DNA of 52,048 nucleotides from Nitrospinota bacterium (GCA_035528715.1 DATKYB010000130.1:1-52048); one strand, 5' to 3'; counted from the stretch's first letter, positions 10,152-21,822 are shown. Notes: generated by a model from the sequence alone, not told the origin. A program made the numbers and translations.

Positions 10152-12584
10152 TTAATTAAATGTTTTAACGAAACATTCACTTCCGTTACTTATCACACGA
10201 ATTGATCCATGTTTATCAGTGCGATAGATTTCAATATCCCTTTCTTTTAGCTTCTCGATAACATCTAAAGATGGGAGTCGAAACCAATTATATCGACCTA
10301 GAGAGATTATTGATATATCTGGATCTACTTCTCTTAAAAATTCTTCTATTGAGGAGGCTCTGCTCCCATGATGTGGTATTTTTAATATGTTAGCTTTTAA
10401 AGGATAAATATTAGCTAGAATATATTCTTCAGCTTTGTTTTGTATATCGCCTGCAAAAAGAATGCTAAATTTTCTATATATTAATTTAAAAACCAATGAT
10501 CTATTATTTTCATCTTTTATCTTACTATTTATACTACTAAATTCATCTGATGGATGAAAAAATGTAATTTGAACCTCACCTAATTTATAGTGAAAAGGTG
10601 AAGAGATTCTCTTTATCTTTATTTCTTTTTTAAATGCTGCATCATTGAGTTCTCTATAAAAGTTGTAATTAGGATTGTCCTTATTGAGAAATATCTCCTT
10701 TACTTTTAGTGTATTTACTATGTCAACTAAGCCCTTCATATGATCAGGATGTGGATGAGTTGCAATCATAAGATCTATCTTCTTAACCCCATGATTCAAT
10801 AAAAAGGGAAGAACAACCTTTTCTCCAATTTTAAAACCATTATTATATGCTCCACCGCCGTCAATCAATATGCTTTGGTGTGATGGGGTTCTGATAAAGG
10901 TTGATTCTCCTTGCCCTACATCAAGAAAGGTTACCATTAAGGAGTTATTACTATTTAAAATAAATTTTGATGAATAAAATAAGATTGATAATAACAGAAG
11001 TAAAGTAATAAGTACTCGTTTTAAAACTCTCTTTTTATAAAAAAATATAGTGAAAAGCGCTGTATAATATAATAAAAGAATTAATAAAGACGGTTTTGAT
11101 ATAAAGATATATGAAAAGGGTAAAGAAGAGAAGAACTTAGCAAGATAGAATATAATTGATGTGAAAATATTTATAGTCCAAGAAGTAAGTTTTATTAAAG
11201 GAGTATAGATTAATCCCAAAAATGATGAAAATAGAGCCAATGGAATTAAAAATGAGGCAAAAGGTAGAACAATAGAATTAGATAGGGGACTTACAAAAAT
11301 TAGCTTATTAAAATATATTGCTATAATTGGTAGTACACTTAAGGAAGCTGCAAGAGATACAATTAAATATTGAAAAACCTTCTTCTTGATAAAGGAATAA
11401 AAGTTAAATTCTTCTTTTCTTATCTCGGTGTTATTATATAAAAAATTGGAAATACAAAAGGTAATTCCCAATACTGCTATAAAAGAAAGTTGAAATCCAA
11501 TATCGTAGAAGGATAGGGGATTCCATATTAAAAGAATTATGACTGCCAGGGCCAAAATATTATAAAGGTCTCTGTGTCGGTCAAGGATTATAGCAAATAA
11601 ATATGTATATATCATGATACCGGCCCTTAGGGTAGGTATCCTATTTCCTACCATGATTGCATATATAAATATAGGAAATATAGTAAAAAGAGCCGCAATC
11701 TTTCTAGAGTCATAATAAGTTATTCCTTTAGGGATAATTAGATATTGTATATAAAAGATCAATTTATATATTAAAAAGAACGAAGCGAATGCTATAAATC
11801 CCAGATGGAGACCAGATATGGCAAGGAGATGCGCAATGCCAGAGTTATTAAACATCTCTATTATATACCTGTCTAATAAACCCCTCTCTCCCCAGACAAT
11901 TGCCTTTATGATTCCATTATTGGGAAAAGGTAAGTTAGTATCTATATTTTCTAGTACCTTATCTTTTATCTTAAAAAGGGTGTTGATAATTCCTGTCTCG
12001 GTTCTTTTTAAAACCTCAACCCTTGATCCTTTCGATACACCTCCAATAACATATATTCCCTGTCTCTGCATATAACTTTGGTAATTAAAAGTATTAAAAT
12101 TTTGAAAACCTATAGGTGGATGTAGTCTTATCTTTTTAACTAAAACCTCGTCTTTATACTTTAAATTGACATAAGGTTCATAAATGGTTATTTTAACTTT
12201 TCCATTCACAATTTTTGTTTCTTCTCGAGAATATATCTTTTTTGCCTCTATGATAAATCTTGTCTTATCCAGTTTAAATTGAGGTGGTGAAATAATTACA
12301 CCTTCAAGATTAACCTTTTTTTTATCATTAATAACATTAGAAATATGGTTGTTGGGAAAGGGAAAGGTATGTATATAAACACGAAACAGTCCGAATAAAA
12401 TAAAAAAGATGGAAATAATAGTAATTGTAGATAGTTTTTTTCGTAAGATGATAGATAATAAAATTAGAAAAGAGAAAATTACAATTAAAAATATCGAATT
12501 TAATATGAATAAACCTATTATCAGACCAGCAATATAAGATATAGTTAAGATTACAAGAGGTCTTTTATTTAATAGATTATACAA
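10152..12584 (-). CDS. comEC: DNA internalization competence protein ComEC/Rec2
   Basis: The 810-aa ORF has a polytopic competence domain followed by a C-terminal metallo-beta-lactamase domain (ATHPHPDH). The gene is extremely AT-rich. Confidence 0.88.
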   Translation of the reverse strand: MYNLLNKRPLVILTISYIAGLIIGLFILNSIFLIVIFSFLILLSIILRKKLSTITIISIFFILFGLFRVYIHTFPFPNNHISNVINDKKKVNLEGVIISPPQFKLDKTRFIIEAKKIYSREETKIVNGKVKITIYEPYVNLKYKDEVLVKKIRLHPPIGFQNFNTFNYQSYMQRQGIYVIGGVSKGSRVEVLKRTETGIINTLFKIKDKVLENIDTNLPFPNNGIIKAIVWGERGLLDRYIIEMFNNSGIAHLLAISGLHLGFIAFASFFLIYKLIFYIQYLIIPKGITYYDSRKIAALFTIFPIFIYAIMVGNRIPTLRAGIMIYTYLFAIILDRHRDLYNILALAVIILLIWNPLSFYDIGFQLSFIAVLGITFCISNFLYNNTEIRKEEFNFYSFIKKKVFQYLIVSLAASLSVLPIIAIYFNKLIFVSPLSNSIVLPFASFLIPLALFSSFLGLIYTPLIKLTSWTINIFTSIIFYLAKFFSSLPFSYIFISKPSLLILLLYYTALFTIFFYKKRVLKRVLITLLLLLSILFYSSKFILNSNNSLMVTFLDVGQGESTFIRTPSHQSILIDGGGAYNNGFKIGEKVVLPFLLNHGVKKIDLMIATHPHPDHMKGLVDIVNTLKVKEIFLNKDNPNYNFYRELNDAAFKKEIKIKRISSPFHYKLGEVQITFFHPSDEFSSINSKIKDENNRSLVFKLIYRKFSILFAGDIQNKAEEYILANIYPLKANILKIPHHGSRASSIEEFLREVDPDISIISLGRYNWFRLPSLDVIEKLKERDIEIYRTDKHGSIRVISNGSECFVKTFN

Positions 12585-12677
12585 TGAGAGATTCTTTCTT
12601 TTTTAATATTAATACAAGGTTTGTAGTTTTTGGTATAATATAATAAATATTCATTATATCCTAATACAAGATAAATA

Positions 12678-15107
12678 ATGGAAGAACAGAGATCCTTATC
12701 GCTTTATATTGGCATATTTCTGATATCAACGGCTACCTTAATCCTCGAGATCTCCCTTGTTAGGGTTATCTCCGTATCCCAATGGCATCATTTCGCCTAT
12801 CTGGTGATTAGTATTGCTCTGCTTGGTCTTGGGGCAGGGGGCTCTTTCCTTTTTGTCTTTCCCAAGATATTAGATTTTCAAATCCAAAAAACACTCTCAA
12901 TCATCTCTTTGTTATTCTGCATAAGTAACATACTGGGTTATTGTATCTTCAATACAATTCCTTTTGATCCCGTTCGCATTGCCTGGGATACGAATCAGTC
13001 TCTCTATATCCTGCTTTACTATCTATTTTTGAGCATACCGTTTTTTTTCTTTGGACTATGTCTCGCTATCCTATTTACGAAACTGCCGGAGAAATCAAGT
13101 AAACTCTACTTCTTTAACCTGACAGGCTCAGCCATAGGATGTCTTATCGTAACCCAGCTTTTTTCACCTCTAAAAGGGGAGGGGACGATTGTATTTGTTT
13201 CTCTTGTTGGAGGGGCTGCCTTCTTCGCTTTTTCTTATAATTTATCAAGAGCATATAAAGCCTTAGCTTTAGTAACAGTAGCTTTATTCTTAGCTCTTTT
13301 GGTCTTTCCTCCTCCCTTTCTTCAAATATCGATTTCTCCTTATAAAGCATTAAAATTATCCCTGACATATAAAAACGCTAAAATCTTGAATACCTATTGG
13401 AACTCTTTTTCAAGGGTCGATATTATAGGAAGCCCGGCAGTGAGGTTTGCTCCGGGATTAAGCCTAAAATACAACAAAGCTCTCCCGCCTCAGCTTGGTA
13501 TTACAATAGATGGAGACAATCTCAACAGCATCACCTATTTTGACGGAAGTGAAAAGTGTCTAGCATTTACAGATTTTCTACCCTCTGCCCTGGTATATCA
13601 TCTTAAAAAAGCAAAGAATCTATTAATAATCGGCTCAAATGGGGGTATAGATGTCCTTGGAGCACTGTGCCATAAAATCCCTTATATAGAGGCTTTAGAG
13701 CCTAACCCGCTTATCATCAATGCTGTCAAAGGGGAATATGCCGTGTTTTCTGGAAGAATATACCGCGATAAAAGAATAAATGTCATAAGTGAGGAGGGGA
13801 GAAGCTATATCAGGAAGACAAGAAAGAGATATGATATCATCAATATATCCCTATCTGATAACCCTTCAGCAGCCTCTACAGGCCTCTACAGCCTTAGGGA
13901 GAGTTATCTCTATACTGTAGAAGCATTTAAAGATTTTTACAACCACCTCACGCCAGAAGGGATTTTTACCGTTACCAGGTATCTTATTCCACCGCCAAAA
14001 GAAGGGGTGAGGCTAGTTTCCATTGCAAAAAGGGCATTGGAAGAACTCGGTATATCAAACCCTCAAAATCATATCTCTTTAATAAGGAGCTGGGGAACAA
14101 TTACCTTTCTACTCAAAAAGGATGGTTTTGGTAGAAAGGATGTAAGCGTGATAAAAGATTTTTGTAAAAACAGGGGGTTTGATACGGTCTATTTTCCAGG
14201 AATAAAAAAAGAAGAGGTCAATATATTCAATAGGTTTTTAAAGCCTTACTACTTTGATTTAGTAGATAATCTCTTAAACAATAAAAATAAAGACGTCTTG
14301 AATAACTATATCTTTGATTTATCGCCAGTTACAGACGATAATCCCTTTTTCTTTCATTTTCTTAGATGGAACAAGATTCCTGAAACATATAGATTAATGG
14401 GTGAAAAATGGCAGCCTTTTTTTGAAGGAGGATATCTTTTACCCATAATCTTAGCCCAGGCCTTTTTAATTAGTATCTTATTGATATTTTTACCCATCTC
14501 TCTATCCAAAGGGATAAAATTTATCTCGAAGTTAAACATCTATACATCCATTTATTTTATCGCATTAGGTTTTGGGTTTATTTTTATTGAAATCATATTT
14601 TTAGAGAAATTTATTCTGTTTTTAGGCCATCCTGTATATTCCCTCTCTGTTATCCTCTTCTCTGTATTATTATTTTCAGGAATAGGGAGTTATCTGACAG
14701 ACAAAGGTTTTGTGAGCCGAAATAATCTTCTATTAGAGATCAAGAATTCATTGATTTTAAGAATAACTACATTAATAGCATTTATTTTTATCTATTGGCT
14801 TTTATTGCCTACCGTTCTCAGGTTCTTTTTGGGCAGCAGTTTTTTTATGAAACCGATCATTACAATTCTTATCATAGCACCAATAGGGCTTTTTATGGGA
14901 ATGCCCTTTCCTTTAGGTATCCGGATAACGGGCCTTTTAAATAAAGAAATCATTCCTCTGGCTTTTTGCCTGAATGGAGTATCGTCAATCTTGGGCTCGA
15001 TCTTATCTATGATTTTGGCAATTTTTCTCGGATTTCAATGGCTTTTATTACTCTCAGCTCTTATATATTCCTTAGCTCTTCTTTCTATCTTAAAGATGCA
15101 GGGATAA
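12678..15107 (+). CDS. Polytopic membrane protein with a central spermidine-synthase-like (class I methyltransferase-fold) domain
   Basis: The 809-aa ORF has multiple N- and C-terminal transmembrane segments flanking a soluble domain with a LIIGSNGGIDV ... DIINISLSD ... LTPEGIF pattern. That pattern resembles aminopropyltransferase-like proteins. Confidence 0.6.
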   Translation: MEEQRSLSLYIGIFLISTATLILEISLVRVISVSQWHHFAYLVISIALLGLGAGGSFLFVFPKILDFQIQKTLSIISLLFCISNILGYCIFNTIPFDPVRIAWDTNQSLYILLYYLFLSIPFFFFGLCLAILFTKLPEKSSKLYFFNLTGSAIGCLIVTQLFSPLKGEGTIVFVSLVGGAAFFAFSYNLSRAYKALALVTVALFLALLVFPPPFLQISISPYKALKLSLTYKNAKILNTYWNSFSRVDIIGSPAVRFAPGLSLKYNKALPPQLGITIDGDNLNSITYFDGSEKCLAFTDFLPSALVYHLKKAKNLLIIGSNGGIDVLGALCHKIPYIEALEPNPLIINAVKGEYAVFSGRIYRDKRINVISEEGRSYIRKTRKRYDIINISLSDNPSAASTGLYSLRESYLYTVEAFKDFYNHLTPEGIFTVTRYLIPPPKEGVRLVSIAKRALEELGISNPQNHISLIRSWGTITFLLKKDGFGRKDVSVIKDFCKNRGFDTVYFPGIKKEEVNIFNRFLKPYYFDLVDNLLNNKNKDVLNNYIFDLSPVTDDNPFFFHFLRWNKIPETYRLMGEKWQPFFEGGYLLPIILAQAFLISILLIFLPISLSKGIKFISKLNIYTSIYFIALGFGFIFIEIIFLEKFILFLGHPVYSLSVILFSVLLFSGIGSYLTDKGFVSRNNLLLEIKNSLILRITTLIAFIFIYWLLLPTVLRFFLGSSFFMKPIITILIIAPIGLFMGMPFPLGIRITGLLNKEIIPLAFCLNGVSSILGSILSMILAIFLGFQWLLLLSALIYSLALLSILKMQG

Positions 15108-15136
15108 AAAATCTATTAAGACCTTTTATATCTATT

Positions 15137-15175
15137 TACTGAAAAATTGAAATATGATAGATTTCAGTATCTTTT
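15137..15175 (+). terminator. Possible terminator hairpin
   Basis: TACTGAAA (15137-15144) pairs with TTTCAGTA (15162-15169) and is followed by TCTTTT. The long 17-nt loop makes this weak. Confidence 0.35.
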
Positions 15176-15194
15176 AACTTAACAGAGGTTTCTT

Positions 15195-17819
15195 ATGGCT
15201 GAGTCTACACCAATGATGCGACAATATCTTGATATAAAGAGCAAGCATAAAGACGCTATCCTTTTTTTTAGAATGGGTGATTTCTATGAAATGTTCTTTG
15301 AAGACGCTAAGATAGCATCAAAAGTATTAGAAATTACTTTAACATCAAGAAACAAAGAAAAGGATAAATCTGTGCCTATGTGTGGTGTGCCATGCCACGC
15401 ATCTGAGTCTTATATTGCACGTTTAATTAATGCGGGATATAAAGTAGCCATCTGCGAACAGATAGAAGACCCTAAAAAAGCAAAAGGAATAGTGAAGAGA
15501 AATGTTATACGTATTGTTACGCCTGGAACGATATTAAATTCTCCTCTGGTTGGATCTAAAGAAAATCAGTATCTCGCATCATTCGTTTTCTGTGAAGAAA
15601 AAGTAATTGGCTTTGCAATTACTGACATATCTACTGGAGAATTTTTTATTACTGAGTTAGATGGAACTTCTCCCTTTCAAAAATTAAAGGATGAGCTTTC
15701 ACGCTGGAATCCAAGAGAATTATTAATACCAAATAATATATCTGACAATGAAGAGATATCTGACTATATAAAAACCCTTGATATTTCAATTAATCCTTAT
15801 GATGATTGGGTCTTTTCCTATGATCATGCCTATAGATTGTTTTTAGACTATTTTAAGGTTAACTCCCTCGACGGCTATGGCTGTGAATCAAGAAGGGTGG
15901 CCGTTCAGGCTGGAGGAGCGATATTGCAATATCTGCAAGAAACTCAAAAAACATCCCTAGCACACATCAATAAATTAACTTATTACAACACAGAAAATTA
16001 TATGATTATTGATCCATCTACCCAAAGGAATCTCGAACTCTTAAAAAGCTTGGGAGATGAATCAAAAAAAGGGTCTCTTTTAGACATTCTTGATCTCACC
16101 ATCACGCCAATGGGCGGAAGAAAAATAAAAAAATGGATATTAAGACCCCTTTTAAACGCATCAGAAATCAGAAAAAGACAGGATGTTGTGGATGAATTTT
16201 TATCGAATACGATTCTGAGAGGTGAAGTAAGAGAAGCCTTAAAGGAGGTTTATGATCTGGAGAGGTTAGCAGGTCGAATATCTCTATCAGCAGCCAATGC
16301 AAGAGACCTCTCGGCATTAAAAAAATCTGTTCTTGTTCTTCCACGACTGAATGAGTTGATAAACCAATCGTCTTCTCCTCTTTTAAATGACTTATTAAGC
16401 AAATGGGATAACCTGCAAGATATTGGTGAACTGATTGAGCGATCTATACAGGAAAATCCTCCATATTCTATAAACGAAGGGGGAATGATCAAAGAGGGGT
16501 TTAACAGCAAACTGGATGAGTTAAGAAAAATTACAAAAGCTGGTAAGGATTGGATTTCAAATTTTGAGGCTCAAGAGAAGAAAAAGACAGGCATTAATAG
16601 TCTGAGGGTTGGCTATAACAAGGTCTTTGGTTACTACATTGAGGTCACTAAGAAAAATATCCCTCTGATCCCGCCAGATTACATCAGAAAGCAGACCTTA
16701 GTGAATGCCGAGAGATACATTACTCCAGAACTCAAAGAGTATGAAATAAAAGTACTCAATGCACAGGAAGAGATTTGTGTTTTGGAGTATAACATCTTTC
16801 AGGAGATCAGGGAATCCATAATTAAAGAAGTTAATAGAATTCAAAAAATTGCTGGTATCATCTCAACAATAGATGTCTTAGCATCATTTGCAGAAGCATC
16901 ATCACTTTATAACTACGTTAAACCAAAGATTAATGAGAACGATGTTATACACATTGCTGAAGGGAGACACCCTGTCTTGGAACAGATAGATGTTAATAAT
17001 AAGTTTGTCCCTAATGATGCGCTTATAGATTGTGAGAACAATCAAATATTAATCATAACAGGTCCCAACATGGCTGGAAAATCTACTTATCTAAGGCAGG
17101 TGGCTTTAATAGTCCTCATGGCACAAACAGGATCTTTTGTTCCTGCAAAACAGGCTGAAATTGGTATGGTAGACAGGATTTTTACAAGGGTAGGGGCTCA
17201 AGACTTTCTGACAAGAGGCCAGAGCACATTTATGGTTGAAATGAATGAAGCAGCAAATATACTCAATAATGCTACTAAAAAGAGTCTAATAATCCTCGAT
17301 GAGATAGGAAGGGGAACCAGTACTTTTGATGGAATAAGTATTGCGTGGTCAATTGTGGAATATATACATGATAAATTAGAAGCAAAAACACTCTTTGCTA
17401 CTCATTACCATGAGCTAGCAGACTTATCTTTAGTGCTAAAAAAGATAAGAAATTATAACTTTGCAGTTAAAGAATGGAACAATGAAATTATCTTCTTACG
17501 AAGAATTGTTCCAGGAAGTACAGATAGGAGCTATGGTATTCAGGTAGCAAGGCTGGCCGGTATTCCTAAAGAAATTTTAGAGAGGGCCAAAGAAGTCCTA
17601 TGTAACCTTGAAAACACAGAGCTTGATAATAAGGGAAAACCCAAAATCAGCTATAAAAAAAGGGGAAATCAGGAGGAGATGGGCGAGCAGTTTTCTCTTT
17701 TTGCAAAAAGGGTGGATGTTTTAATGGAAGAGATAAAAAGGATTGATATCAACAACACAACACCGATGGAGGCAATAAAAATCCTTCATAAAATATCATT
17801 ACTGGCCAAAGATAAATAA
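15195..17819 (+). CDS. mutS: DNA mismatch repair protein MutS
   Basis: The 874-aa ORF has TPMMRQY and the GDFYE mismatch-recognition motif, Walker A GPNMAGKST, and DEIGRGTST. Confidence 0.97.
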   Translation: MAESTPMMRQYLDIKSKHKDAILFFRMGDFYEMFFEDAKIASKVLEITLTSRNKEKDKSVPMCGVPCHASESYIARLINAGYKVAICEQIEDPKKAKGIVKRNVIRIVTPGTILNSPLVGSKENQYLASFVFCEEKVIGFAITDISTGEFFITELDGTSPFQKLKDELSRWNPRELLIPNNISDNEEISDYIKTLDISINPYDDWVFSYDHAYRLFLDYFKVNSLDGYGCESRRVAVQAGGAILQYLQETQKTSLAHINKLTYYNTENYMIIDPSTQRNLELLKSLGDESKKGSLLDILDLTITPMGGRKIKKWILRPLLNASEIRKRQDVVDEFLSNTILRGEVREALKEVYDLERLAGRISLSAANARDLSALKKSVLVLPRLNELINQSSSPLLNDLLSKWDNLQDIGELIERSIQENPPYSINEGGMIKEGFNSKLDELRKITKAGKDWISNFEAQEKKKTGINSLRVGYNKVFGYYIEVTKKNIPLIPPDYIRKQTLVNAERYITPELKEYEIKVLNAQEEICVLEYNIFQEIRESIIKEVNRIQKIAGIISTIDVLASFAEASSLYNYVKPKINENDVIHIAEGRHPVLEQIDVNNKFVPNDALIDCENNQILIITGPNMAGKSTYLRQVALIVLMAQTGSFVPAKQAEIGMVDRIFTRVGAQDFLTRGQSTFMVEMNEAANILNNATKKSLIILDEIGRGTSTFDGISIAWSIVEYIHDKLEAKTLFATHYHELADLSLVLKKIRNYNFAVKEWNNEIIFLRRIVPGSTDRSYGIQVARLAGIPKEILERAKEVLCNLENTELDNKGKPKISYKKRGNQEEMGEQFSLFAKRVDVLMEEIKRIDINNTTPMEAIKILHKISLLAKDK

Positions 17820-17919
17820 GAAATAATTTTAATTCATTTTTGTCTTGATTTTAAAATCGATTTAAAATATATTTGAAAACTTCGTTTTAACACTTAATTA
17901 ATAAACTGGAGAATAAGAA

Positions 17920-19188
17920 ATGGGGATGACAATATCCGAAAAAATACTAGCGGCTCATTCTGATAAACAAGAGGTAAGACCTTGTGAGTTAATTAATGTC
18001 AAGTTAGACATTACTCTTGGAAATGATATCACTGCTCCTTTAGCTATTAAAGAATTTGAAAAGGCCGGTGCAAAAAAGGTATTTAATAAAGAGAGAATTA
18101 TATTTGTCCTTGATCATTTCACACCCAATAAGGATATCAATTCAGCTATACAGTGCAAGATGGTTAGAGAATTTGCAAAAAAACACGAGCTTATCAACCT
18201 CTATGAAGGGGGTGAGGTAGGCATTGAACATGCCCTTTTACCAGAAAAAGGTCTGGTTCTTCCAGGAGATATAGTCATTGGTGCAGATTCTCATACATGT
18301 ACGTATGGAGCCTTAGGTGCTTTTTCTACAGGAATAGGGAGTACAGACCTAGCAGCTGCCATGATTACTGGGGAAACCTGGTTTAAGGTTCCTGAATCTA
18401 TAAAATTTATATTTAACGGAAAGCTAAAAAAGTGGGTCTCTGGAAAAGATTTGATTCTTTATACTATTGGGAAGATTGGGGTTGATGGTGCTTTGTATAA
18501 ATCCATGGAGTTTACAGGAGATATCATTACGTCAATGCCCATGGAAGGAAGATTCACGATGACAAATATGGCTGTTGAGGCTGGCGCAAAGAACGGTATT
18601 ATTGAACCAAATGAAATAACCCTCGAATATGTTAAGAACAGGGCGAAAAGGAAATTCAAGATATACCAGAGCGACTCTGATGCAAACTACTCTAAGGTCT
18701 ATGAGTTTAAAGGGGAAGATATAGAACCCCAGGTTGCTTTTCCCCACCTTCCTGAAAATACAAAACCGATCAATGAGGTAGGAGATATTCCGATTGATCA
18801 GGCAGTAATCGGTTCTTGCACGAATGGATGGCTCTCCGATTTAGAAGAAGCAGCAAAAGTTTTAAAAGGACAGAAAGTGAATAGCAATGTCCGGTTAATC
18901 ATCATTCCTGCTACTCCAGAGATCTATCGTCAGGCAATGAAAAAGGGACTCTTTGATATTTTTTTGGATGCCAAGGCGATTATCAGCCCTCCCACATGTG
19001 GCCCATGTCTTGGAGGACATATGGGAGTTTTGGCTGAAGGAGAGAGGGCTATTGCTACTACAAACAGAAATTTTGTGGGCAGGATGGGACATCCCAAGAG
19101 CGAAGTCTATCTTTCTAATCCAGCAGTTGCCGCGGCATCTGCTGTTATGGGAAGAATAGCTAGCCCAGAAGAAGTTGTCAATAAATAA
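17920..19188 (+). CDS. leuC: 3-isopropylmalate dehydratase large subunit (short, archaeal-type aconitase-family)
   Basis: The 422-aa ORF carries DSHT, GSCTNG and CGPCLG Fe-S ligand motifs. It is followed by the small-subunit gene and leuB. Confidence 0.9.
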   Translation: MGMTISEKILAAHSDKQEVRPCELINVKLDITLGNDITAPLAIKEFEKAGAKKVFNKERIIFVLDHFTPNKDINSAIQCKMVREFAKKHELINLYEGGEVGIEHALLPEKGLVLPGDIVIGADSHTCTYGALGAFSTGIGSTDLAAAMITGETWFKVPESIKFIFNGKLKKWVSGKDLILYTIGKIGVDGALYKSMEFTGDIITSMPMEGRFTMTNMAVEAGAKNGIIEPNEITLEYVKNRAKRKFKIYQSDSDANYSKVYEFKGEDIEPQVAFPHLPENTKPINEVGDIPIDQAVIGSCTNGWLSDLEEAAKVLKGQKVNSNVRLIIIPATPEIYRQAMKKGLFDIFLDAKAIISPPTCGPCLGGHMGVLAEGERAIATTNRNFVGRMGHPKSEVYLSNPAVAAASAVMGRIASPEEVVNK

Positions 19189-19200
19189 CAGGAGGTCAGG

Positions 19201-19710
19201 GTGCAAATAAAAGGAAAAGCATGGAAGTTTGGTTCAAATATCGATACAGATGTAATCATCCCGGCAAGGTATTTAAATACATCTGATCCGTCTGAACTCG
19301 CGAAACACTGCATGGAGAACATAGATAAGGATTTCGTAAAAAATATAGAAAAGGGAGATATCATTGTTGCTGGCAAGAATTTTGGCTGTGGTTCCTCCAG
19401 AGAACATGCCCCTGTTTCAATAAAAGCTGCAGGGATATCATGTGTTATCGCGAAAACCTTTGCGAGAATTTTTTATAGAAACGCCATCAATACAGGTCTT
19501 CTCATCATTGAGTGTCCTGAAGCTTCAGACAAGATTGAAAGAGGGGATATCGTGAGAATCAATATTCAGGCAGGGAAGATTGAGAATTTGACAAAAAAAG
19601 AAGAATATTTGACAACGCCCTTTCCACCTTTTATGCAGAAATTGATTGCGTCAGGTGGCTTGATGCCTTATGTATCTATAAAAGAAGGTCTAGAAAAGGA
19701 GAAAAAATGA
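19201..19710 (+). CDS. leuD: 3-isopropylmalate dehydratase small subunit
   Basis: The 169-aa ORF has a [13 protein letters not shown] motif. It uses a GTG start 4 nt after AGGAGG. Confidence 0.9.
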   Translation: MQIKGKAWKFGSNIDTDVIIPARYLNTSDPSELAKHCMENIDKDFVKNIEKGDIIVAGKNFGCGSSREHAPVSIKAAGISCVIAKTFARIFYRNAINTGLLIIECPEASDKIERGDIVRINIQAGKIENLTKKEEYLTTPFPPFMQKLIASGGLMPYVSIKEGLEKEKK

Positions 19711-20780
19711 CCTATAAGATTGTTGTTTTGCCAGGAGATGGAATTGGAAAAGATGTAACAAAAGAAGCAGTAAATATATTAAAAATCATTGAAAAAAAAT
19801 ATTCGATCAATTTTGAATTTACCGAACACCTTATCGGTGGGGCTGCCATTGATAAAACAGGAGTCCCACTGACTGATGAAACGCTTTCAGCTTGCGAAGA
19901 TAGTGATGGGGTTCTCATGGGAGCGGTAGGTGGACCAAAATGGGATCAGCTAGATTACTCTATACGTCCTGAAAAAGGGTTACTGAAGCTTCGAAAGGAA
20001 CTAGACCTGTTTGCAAATTTAAGGCCAGCTAAACTCTACTCAACGCTCATGGAGGCTTCTCCTTTAAAGAACGAGATTATCCAAGGGCTGGATATTTTGA
20101 TTGTGAGAGAACTCACAGGAGATATCTATTTTGGAGAACCTAGAGGAGTGGAGAAGAAAAACGGGAAAGAAAGAGGTTTTAACACCATGGTATATTTCGA
20201 TTATGAAATTGAGAGGATTGCAAGGCTTTCTTTTGAGTTGGCTTCGAAAAGGGACAAAAAACTGACCTCTGTAGATAAGGCAAATGTCCTCGATACAAGT
20301 GTATTATGGAGAAAGGTTGTTAACGAAGTTGGAAAAGAGTTTCCTGATATAGAACTTAACCACCTCTATGTTGATAACTGTGCTATGCAGTTAATAAGAG
20401 AACCAAAACAGTTTGATGTTATTGTTACCGGAAACATCTTTGGAGATATCTTGAGTGATGAGGCCTCAATGCTTACAGGTTCAATAGGCATGCTTCCCTC
20501 TGCAAGTATTGGAGGAAAGGTAGGGGTATATGAGCCTGTTCACGGAAGCGCTCCAGACATAGAAGGTAAGGATATTGCCAATCCCATTGCATCCATTACC
20601 TCTGCAGCAATGATGCTCAGATATACATTAGACCAGAAAGAAGCAGCTAATGATATCGAGAATGCTGTAGAAAGGGTTTTAGAAAAGGGCTATAGAACAA
20701 AGGATATATTTAAAGAAGGGGATAATTTGGTCGGAACCAGAGAAATGAGTTCCCTTATTTCAGAAGAACTGGAGAAATAA
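19707..20780 (+). CDS. leuB: 3-isopropylmalate dehydrogenase
   Basis: The 357-aa ORF carries [10 protein letters not shown] and [14 protein letters not shown]. Its start overlaps the leuD stop by 4 nt (ATGA). Confidence 0.93.
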   Translation: MTYKIVVLPGDGIGKDVTKEAVNILKIIEKKYSINFEFTEHLIGGAAIDKTGVPLTDETLSACEDSDGVLMGAVGGPKWDQLDYSIRPEKGLLKLRKELDLFANLRPAKLYSTLMEASPLKNEIIQGLDILIVRELTGDIYFGEPRGVEKKNGKERGFNTMVYFDYEIERIARLSFELASKRDKKLTSVDKANVLDTSVLWRKVVNEVGKEFPDIELNHLYVDNCAMQLIREPKQFDVIVTGNIFGDILSDEASMLTGSIGMLPSASIGGKVGVYEPVHGSAPDIEGKDIANPIASITSAAMMLRYTLDQKEAANDIENAVERVLEKGYRTKDIFKEGDNLVGTREMSSLISEELEK

Positions 20781-20799
20781 TAAAGGAGATGAAATAACA

Positions 20800-21822
20800 A
20801 TGAAAGAAAGAAAAGAATACAATGTAGCTGTAGTAGGGGCAACAGGAGTTGTCGGAAACGAGATGATATCTATACTTGAAGAAAGAAAGTTTCCAGTAAA
20901 GAACTTAAGGCTCCTTGCATCCGAAAGGTCGGAAGGTAAAAGCCTTGAATTTAAAGGCCAAAAATTTATAGTCAAGACACTTACAAAAGATTCATTTTCA
21001 GACATAGATATTGCACTCTTTTCTGCTGGTGGGTCTCGAAGTGAAGAGTTTGCACCAGCAGCAGTTAAGGCAGGGGCAGTAGTTGTAGATAATACAAGCG
21101 CCTTTAGAATGGATCCTGAGGTTCCTCTTGTCGTTCCGGAAGTTAACTCTCACGCCATTTCTAAACACAAAGGGATTATCGCTAATCCTAACTGCTCTAC
21201 GATTCAAATGGTAGTTGCTTTAAAACCCATTCATGACATTGCAAAGATAAAACGAGTGGTTGTTTCCACTTATCAGGCTGTCTCAGGAACAGGAAAGAAG
21301 GCTATAGATGAATTGTCGACACAAACCAGAGCAATTTTCAATCTTCAAGAAGTAATATGTAATGTGTATCCTCATCAGATAGCCTTTAACTGCCTCCCTC
21401 ACATCGATGTTTTTTTTGATAGTGGATATACTAAAGAAGAGATCAAGATGGTTAATGAGACAAAGAAAATTATGGAGGATGATTCGATTGCAGTAACCGC
21501 CACTACGGTTAGGGTTCCTGTTTTTCATAGCCATTCAGAATCAATAAATATCGAAACTGAGAAAAAAATAACTGCAGAAGAAGCAAGGGAGGCTCTATCT
21601 AAGGCTCCAGGAATCAAGGTCATCGATAACCCTAAAAACTTAGAATATCCCTTGGCTATAGATGCTGCTGGGAAAGATGAGGTTTTCGTTGGTCGAATCA
21701 GAGAAGATGAGTCAATAGAAAAAGGATTAAATCTATGGGTAGTTTCTGATAATCTCAGAAAGGGCGCTGCCCTTAATGCCATACAGATAGCCGAGGTAAT
21801 AATTAGAGATGGCCTCTTATAA
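20800..21822 (+). CDS. asd: Aspartate-semialdehyde dehydrogenase
   Basis: The 340-aa ORF has VGATGVVG and the NPNCSTIQ active-site Cys motif. Confidence 0.93.
   Translation: MKERKEYNVAVVGATGVVGNEMISILEERKFPVKNLRLLASERSEGKSLEFKGQKFIVKTLTKDSFSDIDIALFSAGGSRSEEFAPAAVKAGAVVVDNTSAFRMDPEVPLVVPEVNSHAISKHKGIIANPNCSTIQMVVALKPIHDIAKIKRVVVSTYQAVSGTGKKAIDELSTQTRAIFNLQEVICNVYPHQIAFNCLPHIDVFFDSGYTKEEIKMVNETKKIMEDDSIAVTATTVRVPVFHSHSESINIETEKKITAEEAREALSKAPGIKVIDNPKNLEYPLAIDAAGKDEVFVGRIREDESIEKGLNLWVVSDNLRKGAALNAIQIAEVIIRDGLL

Noticed and set aside
9702-10205. A 167-aa plus-strand ORF, plus the 110-aa ORF at 9674-10006, overlapping the sirtuin gene.
   Set aside because: Both are antisense shadow ORFs inside a well-supported, relatively GC-rich coding region. 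They have no motif and no RBS. The same reasoning applies to 1880-2311, 4285-4626, 4882-5235, 18895-19206, 44757-45155, 49587-49952 and the other short antisense ORFs in the track.
12775-12800. A sigma-54-like TGGCAT...GC element, and a similar TGGCAC at about 22476.
   Set aside because: The GG-to-GC spacing is wrong (9 rather than 10 nt, or no TTGC half-site), and both lie inside coding sequences.
17820-17919. A leucine leader peptide, attenuator or T-box upstream of leuC.
   Set aside because: The 100-nt AT-rich spacer has no Leu-rich mini-ORF, no alternative hairpins and no T-box-like conserved sequence.
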